A stretch of 64,000 nucleotides of DNA from Actinomycetota bacterium (GTDB lineage Bacteria > Actinomycetota > Thermoleophilia > Gaiellales > Gaiellaceae). The notes beneath the pieces were generated by a model. The model did not search any database, had not been told where the DNA came from, and saw only the letters and a program-made list of their open reading frames with translations. Positions within the stretch are counted from its first letter, which is position 1. The number at the start of each line of letters is the position of its first letter. A program made the translations under genes and the position numbers. Where the stretch lies: the NCBI GenBank assembly GCA_038040395.1, contig JBBPIJ010000003.1, positions 127,131-191,130 on the forward strand, read 5' to 3'. This document shows positions 45,627 through 54,024 of this stretch, in pieces.

Positions 45627-45668
45627 ATGCCCCCGGCATGAATCGAACATGCGCACGCGGTTTAGGAA
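45627..45668 (+). repeat. Copy E: core only (no extended module)
   Basis: The core lies at 45628-45668. The flank differs, and GCGGTTTAGGAAACCGC forms a perfect 7-bp hairpin here. Confidence 0.95.
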
Positions 45669-46377
45669 ACCGCTTGTCCACTCGTGCAAACCCGCTTAGT
45701 AGAGCGGTTTTCGGCTACCTGGGTTGAGCCTGAACCGCTGTAGCGCCGCTGCGAAGCCGCCGGGGAGGAGGAGGCGGCGACTCTTCGAGGCAATCAATCC
45801 CGGGGCAGCCAATCCGTACGAGGTCTGGACGACGACCGTTCTGATTCGCCCGATCGTCCCGTAACCCAAGAACACGTCGAGGAGCAGCAGCTGTCGTTGA
45901 GTCCGCCGACGCTGCTGCTCCTCCTCCCGTGATCCCTTCGCTCAGCGGGTGCGCCGAGCAGTGGCGCGAGGCTCATCGGAAGTCGTCAATGAAAGAAGAG
46001 GCAGAGAGTGCCGGGTACTTGACGACTCCTCCAACAGGGATCGGAGCAACGGAGTTAGCCCGAGTGGGACTTCGCCGTCTAATCCTCGCGATGCTCGACG
46101 AACGCTTCGGCGGGGACCTCGACTGGATTTGGCAAGCGCGGCGTATGCTCCCAGCCTCACTTAATCCGAACGCGGCGGCTCCACTGGCTACCGGGCCTCT
46201 CGGGCTGCGTGCTGCGGGCGATCCGGGCGAAGATCGGATCTTCGTGGAAGTTGCCGACCAGTCCGCGTGATATCGGGAACAGAGCCGGTAGAACTCGTTT
46301 CAGAATGACCGGTCGGGTGTGCGGCGCTGACACGTTAGGATCGGCGGCTACATTCAGCGTCGAGATCAGGAGGCGAC

Positions 46378-46713
46378 ATGGCGACTTTCGGCATCGTCCA
46401 CCGGTTCCCCGGTGGAACTAAGGATCAGTATGAAGCGGGGATCGATCGCGTTCATCCGTCGGACGGGAGTCTTCCCGAGGGCCAGACCTACCACGCAGCC
46501 GGTGCCACGGATGATGGGTGGATCGTGGTCGCGCTATGGGACTCCCGAGAGAGCTATGAGCGCTTCCGTGACGAGACGCTGATGCCAGGGCTCCAAGCCC
46601 TTGGCGACGCCGCGTTCCCTACACCGCCGCAGTCAACGGAGTTCGAGATCCACAACGAAAAGCAGGCATCGTTGGCCGGGGCTCTGGCTACTCATTCTGA
46701 AGCGAGCTCTTAG
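46378..46713 (+). CDS. Small ABM-like (ferredoxin-fold) protein, hypothetical
   Basis: It has MATFGIVHRFPGGTKDQYEAGIDRV..WIVVALWDSRESYERFRDE and the RBS AGGAGG. Confidence 0.55.
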   Translation: MATFGIVHRFPGGTKDQYEAGIDRVHPSDGSLPEGQTYHAAGATDDGWIVVALWDSRESYERFRDETLMPGLQALGDAAFPTPPQSTEFEIHNEKQASLAGALATHSEASS

Positions 46714-46769
46714 GCCGGGGGTACCAATTTCGGTACCAACTAGCAGCTACCCGCTTCCTCAGAATGACG

Positions 46770-46795
46770 AAAGGCCCCTCTTTGCAGGGGCCTTT
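46770..46795. terminator. Perfect 10-bp hairpin flanked by A/T runs (bidirectional terminator-like)
   Basis: The sequence is aaaggcccct-ctttgc-aggggccttt. Confidence 0.55.
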
Positions 46796-46798
46796 CTA

Positions 46799-46860
46799 CT
46801 CCCCGGGTTGGACTCGAACCAACAACCCTCCGGTGCGGCAGACGGCACCGGGCGCGCGGG
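46799..46860 (-). other. tRNA-like remnant (T-arm + acceptor 3' strand)
   Basis: The reverse complement reads ..GTTGG/TTCGAGT/CCAAC-CCGGGGA-G. The upstream part does not give a canonical anticodon arm or a matching 5' acceptor strand. Confidence 0.3.
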
Positions 46861-47071
46861 CTGACCAGTTTGGGGCAGCCCAACTCCTAACCGGCCGAAC
46901 GGCCCAGGCGCACGGCGGCTGCCCCAGAGCTTCTGGCTGATGGCTGAGGCTCTCCGCAAACCGCCCTACAAGGGCAAGCCGCTACCGCCCTGGGGCGAGT
47001 GCTCTCGCACAGTCGAGCGTGCGTGCGTCACGAGAACGGCGCGGGGTTCCGCCCGTCTGTCTCGCCCCGCA

Positions 47072-47887
47072 CTACTTGAGCACAAGGCTGAGGACGACAC
47101 CGATGATGACGAAACTCGGAATCGTGTGCGCGAAGAGCGCTATCCAGATGCTCTGAAATCGCCGCGTGGGATACGCCTGAGCGAAGATGCCGTCGAGCAA
47201 GCTGGACGGAATGCTCCAAGGCTGGTGCAGGTGGTAGGCGGCGAACAGGGCACCGTTCACGACCCAGTCTCCCCTACCAACAGCATCTCGCATTCGTGGC
47301 AGCAGCAGCCCCCGGAAGAACAGTTCCTCGACCCACGGGGACAAGAGGGCAACCGCCACGAGCAGCGCGAACCAGCCCCACGCGCCACTGAAGAAGTTCT
47401 CCGCGCGGTCGGTGCCCAGGAGATTGGGGAGATCCCTGGGCGACGGACCTGTGGGATATATCGGCACCGCGTTGATTGCAGCCGAGAGAAGGACGAAGGG
47501 AAGCACCCACCACCAGACCTTTCCCCCCACCCGGCGTGTCTTCGGATCCTTGGGCCCCCGCAGCCACAGCGCGTCACGCACACGCGACCATCCGAGGCTC
47601 CCCTGCTCCTGCCGAACAAGGATCAACGCCAACACGAGTTGCCAGACGAGCCCCGCGGCAAAGCAAATCAGGAGCGCTTCAATGAACGGGTCGCGTCCCC
47701 CCAGTCGATCCCTGAGCCAGGGAGCTACGATCCACGCTAGGACGCCCATCGGCACGGTCGCCGCCGCCCAGACCCCAAGGATCTTGGCGAGGGAGTACTG
47801 CGTTACAGGTTCATACCGATCGAACTCTTCGCTGGCACCCGCAAGCGCGCGCACTCCCGCCGACGTCCCGGCGCTGGTCTCCGACAT
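47072..47887 (-). CDS. CPBP-family intramembrane glutamic endopeptidase (CAAX protease/Abi)
   Basis: It has multiple TM helices with EELFFRGLL, FAAYHL and LFAHTIPS motifs. Confidence 0.8.
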   Translation of the reverse strand: MSETSAGTSAGVRALAGASEEFDRYEPVTQYSLAKILGVWAAATVPMGVLAWIVAPWLRDRLGGRDPFIEALLICFAAGLVWQLVLALILVRQEQGSLGWSRVRDALWLRGPKDPKTRRVGGKVWWWVLPFVLLSAAINAVPIYPTGPSPRDLPNLLGTDRAENFFSGAWGWFALLVAVALLSPWVEELFFRGLLLPRMRDAVGRGDWVVNGALFAAYHLHQPWSIPSSLLDGIFAQAYPTRRFQSIWIALFAHTIPSFVIIGVVLSLVLK

Positions 47888-48139
47888 TGTCCTTACCTCT
47901 CTCTGCCGTCGGCCTCAAATGGTCGTTTGTTCTTGGGCGACCCAACGCGGGCGCAGGCAAGCCGCTCGTCGGTGCGGTCGTCCGCTGTGGCTGCGGCGCT
48001 CGTCGGCCGTACAGCCTGGAAGTAGCCGAGCGCGTCGAGCCAGACAGGACGCTGCCTAGCTCGTTGTACGCTGGCGCGTAGCTGATTGCGCGCGCCGAAG
48101 GCAGGTAGATGCGGCCGGATCGGGTTGCCGAACGCTTAG

Positions 48140-48752
48140 ATCGGCTTACGCATTGCCCTCCAGCGGCACCTGACGGGGACGCGAACCTCGAGCGAGGAGT
48201 ATCCCGCCGGGTCGCCCAACAAGACCAGGATCGCCTTCGTGAGATCCCTGCGCGGCTCCGGGTTTGGCATCTTCGTCATACGCCGACGGCAATGGGCAGC
48301 GGGTGCTCGCGCGGAACGCCTCTGTGTTCGGCCACCCCGCTTGGTCTCCTACCGGGCAGATCGCCTTCGCCGGGGACGACCTGTTGATCCACGTCATGAA
48401 CAGCGATGGCAGCGGGCAGCGGAGGCTGACCGACACTCAGGCGGATACTGAGTCCCCCGCCTGGTCACCAGTCGCGAGCAGGATCGCCTTCACGAGTAGC
48501 TTCGGTGACGCGAACTATGCGATCTACACCATGAATCCCGACGGCAGCGCCCAGCGGCAGCTGACGCACGAGCATGCCGGGGACCCTGCTTGGGCACCCA
48601 ACGGCACGAAAATCGCCTTCGCGAGCTCTCGTGACGGGGACACTTATGAGGTCTACGTCATGAACGCCGACGGCAGCGGACAGACGCGGCTCACCGACAA
48701 CTCAGCCGCTGATAGCGATCCATCCTGGCAACCGACGCCGCGACGTCGGTGA
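48140..48752 (+). pseudogene. N-terminally truncated, frameshifted TolB-like PD40 propeller gene
   Basis: The frame from 48140 reads ..SPNKTRIAFVRS..GFGIFVI, then shifts by 1 nt near 48280 into ..ADGNGQRVL..WSPTGQIAF.. (ORF 48264..48752). No start codon or signal peptide is present. Confidence 0.55.
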
Positions 48753-48868
48753 GGAGGCCAGCTCCCGACCCCGTCGACTTAGGACTCGTTTCCACAATGA
48801 CCACAGGGGGCCGCGCACCGTAGAGGAAGGCGGGCTGCGGCACAGGTCATTCGGCCTGGCGAAGCTAT

Positions 48869-49972
48869 CTATGGCAACGGCTGCCAGTCTGGAAGCGTTT
48901 CGTCACTGCGGTCATGTGTAAGTGGCATGGCGGCGGTTCCGTCGCGGTTCGCAGCGTAGATGTCGCCGCTGTTCAAGCCGTCGTGAACGTAGACGAATCG
49001 ACGACCGTCGGGCGACCACGCCGCAGCCGCTTCGTTGGCTCCTTGAAGTAAGCGCTGGAGATGATGACCATCCGCTCCAATCGTGTAGACGATCGTTGTG
49101 TGTGCGATCTGGGTGAACGCAAGCCGACTTCCGTCAGGTGACCAGGACGGATACAGGTTCAACCCAGCGAGACTAGTGAGAGCTTTCGGGTTCCGCCCGT
49201 CGGGCGTCACGAGCCAGATTTGTCGATTCCTGGTGAAGGCGATCAGTCGCCCATCCGGTGACCAGGCAGGTGGCGACAAGCCAAGGACGTTGTTGACGAG
49301 CCTGCGGACTTGGTGTGTAGAGAGGTCGAGAATGTTCAGGCTCGCGTCGCAGATGAATTTGCTGCAGAGCCGTCCTCGGATAAAGACAAGCTTACGCCCG
49401 TCCGGAGACCAGTCCGCATAACCGGGATAACCGTCGGCCGGTTCGCCTCGTCCGACGAGAAGCGACTTGAGATGCGTGCCGTCGGCGTTGATGACATCGA
49501 GCGCGACCGTGTTCGCGGTAGGCACGAGGACGGTCAGCAGTAAACGCTGCCCGTCAGGCGACCAGCGGGGCGCTGCGCTCTCAGCGGGCTGACCCTTGAG
49601 GCGGGAGCGACCGCTGCCGTCGGGGTTGATCAGGTAGATGCCATCACTCGGTCGGCTCGCATCGCTGAAAGCCTGGAAGGCGATCTTTCCGTTTCTGCCG
49701 GTGACGTTCGAGGGGTTCTCGCCGTCGCTTGAACCACAAGCAGCAACAAGGGAACCAACTGCCGCGATGACACCGAGCCTCGCGTAACAACCGGCTCTGG
49801 ACTGAACGGCGGGTGCGCTTCCTAGCAGCGTCATTCGTGCCGATGCTCTCACAGTGACGCCGCACCGGCTCATTCTGAAACGACTTCTTAGCGGCCGTCG
49901 TAAGGTGGCGAGGGCGCGTGGGTGGGCCTGTGAGGGTGTGAGCAGCATGCCGATTGTGAGGGCACCGTTCAC
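48869..49972 (-). CDS. TolB-like PD40 beta-propeller lipoprotein
   Basis: It has a lipobox-like LVAACGSS and repeated WSPDG..L(A/V)F and INPDGSG blades. The start is probably an internal Met. Confidence 0.75.
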   Translation of the reverse strand: MNGALTIGMLLTPSQAHPRALATLRRPLRSRFRMSRCGVTVRASARMTLLGSAPAVQSRAGCYARLGVIAAVGSLVAACGSSDGENPSNVTGRNGKIAFQAFSDASRPSDGIYLINPDGSGRSRLKGQPAESAAPRWSPDGQRLLLTVLVPTANTVALDVINADGTHLKSLLVGRGEPADGYPGYADWSPDGRKLVFIRGRLCSKFICDASLNILDLSTHQVRRLVNNVLGLSPPAWSPDGRLIAFTRNRQIWLVTPDGRNPKALTSLAGLNLYPSWSPDGSRLAFTQIAHTTIVYTIGADGHHLQRLLQGANEAAAAWSPDGRRFVYVHDGLNSGDIYAANRDGTAAMPLTHDRSDETLPDWQPLP

Positions 49973-50162
49973 CGTCGACGCTCGACGTGTTGAGCTGGCA
50001 ACACGACGACCGCGTCGAACTCTTGAGCCGAGCGGTCACACCCCGGCCCTCGCTCGGTCGAGATGATGACGATCGGCCACTTGTCCGGCGTCGCGGCATA
50101 GGTCCCCGGCGCTGCACTCGCCCGGAAAGCCGTTGAGCTGTCCCGGCCCGAAGACTTCGACC

Positions 50163-50378
50163 TTGGTGATCACGAACCGCCGAGCGTGGGCCGCGTCGAA
50201 CTTAAAGGGGTTCGGCGACGCCTCGAACTCCCCGAGGTTCTTCCCCTCGGCGAGAACGCGTCCCTCGCCAGAGCCCCCGCATCCGATGGTGACCGGTCCG
50301 TTAAGACGATTTACGGGCGCGTAGGCGGTTGAGGAAACACGGGGAACGAGGCAATGAGGCGCAAACCAGTATGGGCAG
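50163..50378 (+). repeat. Segmental duplication partner of 29882-30149
   Basis: See 29882-30149. Identity continues through copy F and into the first 19 codons of the downstream gene, up to 50593. Confidence 0.9.
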
Positions 50379-50494
50379 ATGCCCCCGGCATGAATCGAAC
50401 ATGCGCACGCGGTTTAGGAACTAGCGTGCCGAAACGCCATTTGCAGGGGAAAGTGAGCCTCTCGGCCAGCTGCGCGCCAGTAAATGCGCCAGTG
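50379..50494 (+). repeat. Copy F: 41-nt core + ~115-nt module
   Basis: The core lies at 50380-50420. The ATG of the next gene is 156 nt from the module start. Confidence 0.95.
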
Positions 50495-50534
50495 CTCTAG
50501 GGAAGGTGCGCAGCTCGCCCCATCATTCAGGCGA

Positions 50535-53045
50535 ATGCGCGATCTCCCTTCCGGAACCGTCACCTTCCTCTTCACCGACATCGAGGGCTCGACCAAGCTC
50601 CTGCACGAGCTCGGCGCCGAGGCCTACGCAGACGCGCTCGTCGAGCATCGCCGCGTCCTGCGGGAGGCGTTCGGCGCCCACGGCGGCGTCGAGGTCGACA
50701 ACCAGGGAGATGCGCTCTTCGTCGCCTTTCCGACGGCGCCGGGCGCTCTGGAAGCGGCTGCTGACGCGGTGGCAGGACTCGCTCCGGGACCGATCCGGGT
50801 ACGGATCGGCGTCCACACGGGCACGCCGCACGTGTCCGAGGAAGGCTACGTCGGGCTCGACGTCCACAAGGCCGCGCGCATTGGAGCCGCCGGTCACGGT
50901 GGCCAGGTGCTGGTCTCGCAGACGACACGCGCGCTGGTCGATGCCGATCTCCCACTCGACGACCTAGGCGAGCACAGGCTCAAGGATCTTTCGGCGCCGC
51001 AGCATCTCTGGCAGCTTGGCCCTGGCGAGTTTCCGCCTCTGAAAACGCTCCACCAGACGAACCTGCCGGTACAACCGGGCCCGCTCGTCGGCAGGCAACG
51101 CGAGCTCCGGGAGGCGGGGAAACTCCTCCGTGAGCAACGCCTTGTGACGCTGACAGGCCCCGGGGGCTCCGGGAAGACCCGCCTAGCTCTCCAGGTGGCT
51201 GCTGAGGCGGTTGCGGATTTTCCTGACGGCGTGTGGTTGGTCTCGCTGGCGGAGTTGACCGACCCCCGGCTAGTGCTGGCGTCTGTGAGCCGGACGCTCG
51301 GCGCACGCGGTGATCTCAAGGCTCACCTCGGCTCGAAGCGCCTCCTGCTCTTGATCGACAACCTGGAGCATCTGATCGACTCCGCGCCGCAGTTGGCGGA
51401 GCTTCTTGCGACCGGCGAACAGGTGAAGCTGCTCGTGACGAGCCGGGAGCCGCTTCGGATCGGCGGCGAGCACGAATACGCGGTCTCGCCGCTCGAGATC
51501 GATGAAGCTGTCGACCTCTTCGTCGAGCGCGCCCGCGCAGTGAATGCCGACTTTCCGGTCGCCGATCACACCGAGGTCCTGCGTGAGATCTGCGCCCGCC
51601 TCGACGGACTTCCCCTTGCGATCGAGCTCGCCGCAGCCCGTGCCAAGGTGCTCTCGCCGGAGGCGCTCCGGGATCGGCTCCAGGAGCGCCTACGCTTGCT
51701 CACCCGGGAGCGCCGAGACGTCCCCGAGCGCCAGCGCACGCTGCGCGCAACCATCGAATGGAGCCACGCGTTACTCCACGGCGAGGAGCAGAACCTCTTC
51801 GCCCGCCTGGCGGTCTTCGTCGGCGGCTGTACGCTCGACGCGGCAGAGGACGTCTGCGAGACGTCTCTCGACGCACTGGCCTCGCTCGTCGACAAGAGCC
51901 TCTTGCGCTGGTCGAACGAGCGCTTCGAGATGCTGGAGACGATTCGCGAGTACGCAGTGGAACATCTCGGAGAAAGCGCAGACCGCGACACCTGGCGGAC
52001 CCGCCACGCCGATTACTTCCTCGGCCTCGCGAACCGCGCCGAGCCGAACCTCTACGGTCCAGACCAGTCGCTATGGCTGGAGCGGATCGAAACAGAGCAC
52101 GCAAACCTGAACGCAGCCCGCGAGTTTCTGACCCGCGCAGGCGACGGGGAACGCGCTCTCGAATTGACGGCGGCGATCTGGCGTTTTTTGTCCATCCGAG
52201 GCCGACTCGGGGAGTGCAGGACATGGCTCGAGGAGACTCTCTCTGGGACGGCGGAGCCGACCGAGACGCGCGTCCGCGCCCTCGTCGGAGCATCCATGTC
52301 TGCGCTGCGCCAAGGTGACCACCCGCGGGCGCGGGAGCGGATCACCGAGACGATCGAGCTCGCGCGGCAGTTGGAGTACACGTGGGGCATCGCGGCGGCG
52401 ATCAACCACCTCGGCATACTCTCGTCCGCCGAGGGCGACGAGGAGCGGGCGGAAGCCTTCTATGCAGAGAGTCTGCCGCTCTTCCGCGACGCCGGAGACG
52501 AGCGCATGGTCTGCACCTGCATCCACAACCTCGGAGTTTCGGCGCTTTACCGAGGCGATTACGACCGCGCGACGAAGCTCCTCGAAGAAGGTCTGGCAAT
52601 TGCACGCTCGATTCAGTCAAAGCGCGACGTCGCGGGCTCGCTCGTAGACCTCGGGCTAACCGCCCTGCTGCAAGGCGACCTCGAGGAGGCGCACTCCTTG
52701 CTTCAGGAGAGCCTCGCCCTTTCGGAGGAAGACCTCGAGCTCAACATTCCCTGGTGCCTCGCCGGGCTGGCGGCCGTCGCAGCCGCAGAGTCTCAGGCCG
52801 AGAGAGGAGCCTTCTTGCTCGGCGCGGCTGACCGCCTGGCCGAGACGCTAGGTGTATCGCTTGTCGAGGCATCGTTCGACCGCAAACTGCGCGAGCAGAC
52901 CATTGCCGGTCTTCGTCAGGACCTCGACGAGCAAGCGCTTACCGCCTGCCTCGCCGAGGGCCGATCGAAGACCCTCGAGGAGGTGCTCGCCTTCGCGCTT
53001 CGGGGCCTCGGGGCTCGGCCGTCCGAAGAGATGCCCCCGGCATGA
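50535..53045 (+). CDS. Cyclase / STAND NTPase / TPR protein, beta subtype
   Basis: It has MRDLPSGTVTFLFTDIEGSTKLLHELG, NQGDALFVAFPTAPGALEAA, DVHKAARI, GPGGSGKTRLA, LLLIDNLEH and LDGLPLAIELAA, with TPR-like repeats. The last four codons and the stop (MPPA*) lie inside repeat copy G. Confidence 0.85.
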   Translation: MRDLPSGTVTFLFTDIEGSTKLLHELGAEAYADALVEHRRVLREAFGAHGGVEVDNQGDALFVAFPTAPGALEAAADAVAGLAPGPIRVRIGVHTGTPHVSEEGYVGLDVHKAARIGAAGHGGQVLVSQTTRALVDADLPLDDLGEHRLKDLSAPQHLWQLGPGEFPPLKTLHQTNLPVQPGPLVGRQRELREAGKLLREQRLVTLTGPGGSGKTRLALQVAAEAVADFPDGVWLVSLAELTDPRLVLASVSRTLGARGDLKAHLGSKRLLLLIDNLEHLIDSAPQLAELLATGEQVKLLVTSREPLRIGGEHEYAVSPLEIDEAVDLFVERARAVNADFPVADHTEVLREICARLDGLPLAIELAAARAKVLSPEALRDRLQERLRLLTRERRDVPERQRTLRATIEWSHALLHGEEQNLFARLAVFVGGCTLDAAEDVCETSLDALASLVDKSLLRWSNERFEMLETIREYAVEHLGESADRDTWRTRHADYFLGLANRAEPNLYGPDQSLWLERIETEHANLNAAREFLTRAGDGERALELTAAIWRFLSIRGRLGECRTWLEETLSGTAEPTETRVRALVGASMSALRQGDHPRARERITETIELARQLEYTWGIAAAINHLGILSSAEGDEERAEAFYAESLPLFRDAGDERMVCTCIHNLGVSALYRGDYDRATKLLEEGLAIARSIQSKRDVAGSLVDLGLTALLQGDLEEAHSLLQESLALSEEDLELNIPWCLAGLAAVAAAESQAERGAFLLGAADRLAETLGVSLVEASFDRKLREQTIAGLRQDLDEQALTACLAEGRSKTLEEVLAFALRGLGARPSEEMPPA

Positions 53046-53072
53046 ATCGAACATGCGCACGCGGTTTAGGAA
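53031..53072 (+). repeat. Copy G: core only, overlapping the 3' end of the upstream CDS
   Basis: The core lies at 53032-53072. ATG CCC CCG GCA TGA is read in frame as the C-terminus of the 50535 gene. Confidence 0.95.
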
Positions 53073-53141
53073 GGTTCCCGTCATTGCTGCGAGAATCTCC
53101 GATCTCGAACTGGAATCTCTCCGGACAGACGAGGTGATCTG

Positions 53142-53537
53142 TTGGCAGCTCCACGTGTGAGGCTTCTTGGCGAGCTCGCCTTGCGCGTCAACGACCTCGG
53201 GAAGATGCTGGCGTTCTACCGCGACGTGGTCGGGCTCGAGGTCTGGCGAGAATACGAGGACTGCGTGTTCTTCCGGATTGCCGACGGGGTCGAAGGACAC
53301 CCACAGCTACTCGTTCTCTTCGACCGCAACATTGTGGTCGGCCCCGCGACGTCCACGATCGACCACTTCGCATTCGTGATCGGGCTGGAGGAATACGACG
53401 AATGGCGACGTCAGCTGGAACGATCGGGGATGCAGGTGCGTCCGAGCGAACCTGGCTTCCAGTGGCGGGCCCTCTTCATCACGGATCCTGAAGGAAATAC
53501 CGCTGAGTTCGTCTGCCACGACCCGAGTATCGAGTAG
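53142..53537 (+). CDS. VOC-family (glyoxalase/bleomycin-resistance/dioxygenase fold) protein
   Basis: It has LALRVNDLGKMLAFYRDVVGLEV...IDHFAFVI...LFITDPEGNTAEF. The start may be the GTG at 53157. Confidence 0.75.
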   Translation: MAAPRVRLLGELALRVNDLGKMLAFYRDVVGLEVWREYEDCVFFRIADGVEGHPQLLVLFDRNIVVGPATSTIDHFAFVIGLEEYDEWRRQLERSGMQVRPSEPGFQWRALFITDPEGNTAEFVCHDPSIE

Positions 53538-53868
53538 AGCGTGCGCAGACGTGACGGCTTCCTCGGGAGCGCGGCTGCCGCTTCATCGCGCCGCGCCCGT
53601 GCAACTTGTTCAAGTGAGGTTCGCGTTCCTCGCGTGCGGTGTCCGCAGTTGCCGCACGCGAACACACGGATCGCGGAGCTGCTCTAGGAGAACGCCACAG
53701 CGGTCAACATCGGCGAGAAGGTCCGAGGCGCGAAGCAGGCCGAGCTTCGAGACGCTGCGAGTGCGCGCCACCGCAGAGCGGATCACAGCGGTGTTGAGCG
53801 GATATAGCCCGCCAGCCGTTGTCGCGCGAAAGTCCCGCGCTCGTGGGACTTCTGGCTCCACCAGCGTA

Positions 53869-53983
53869 GTGCCCCCGGCATGAATCGAACATGCGCACGC
53901 GGTTTAGGAACTAACGTGCGAAAACCTCATTTGCAGGCAAAATCCAGCTTCGAACCGGGGTGCGCGCCAGTGAATGCGCCAGC
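53869..53983 (+). repeat. Copy H: 41-nt core + ~115-nt module
   Basis: The core lies at 53870-53910, and the first base is G instead of A. The ATG of the next gene is 156 nt from the module start. Confidence 0.95.
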
Positions 53984-54024
53984 CCGCTAGACGCGACTTA
54001 CGCGCGCGTCCCATCATTCGCCCA

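Noticed and set aside
45929-46270. A 113-aa plus-strand ORF follows core-only copy E.
   Set aside because: It has no recognisable domain, a poor start context, and mutually overlapping alternative ORFs on both strands. The evidence is insufficient.
53610-53861. An 83-aa minus-strand ORF lies between the VOC gene and repeat copy H.
   Set aside because: No family motif was recognised, and the composition is Arg-rich. I left it unannotated, though it cannot be excluded as a small gene.
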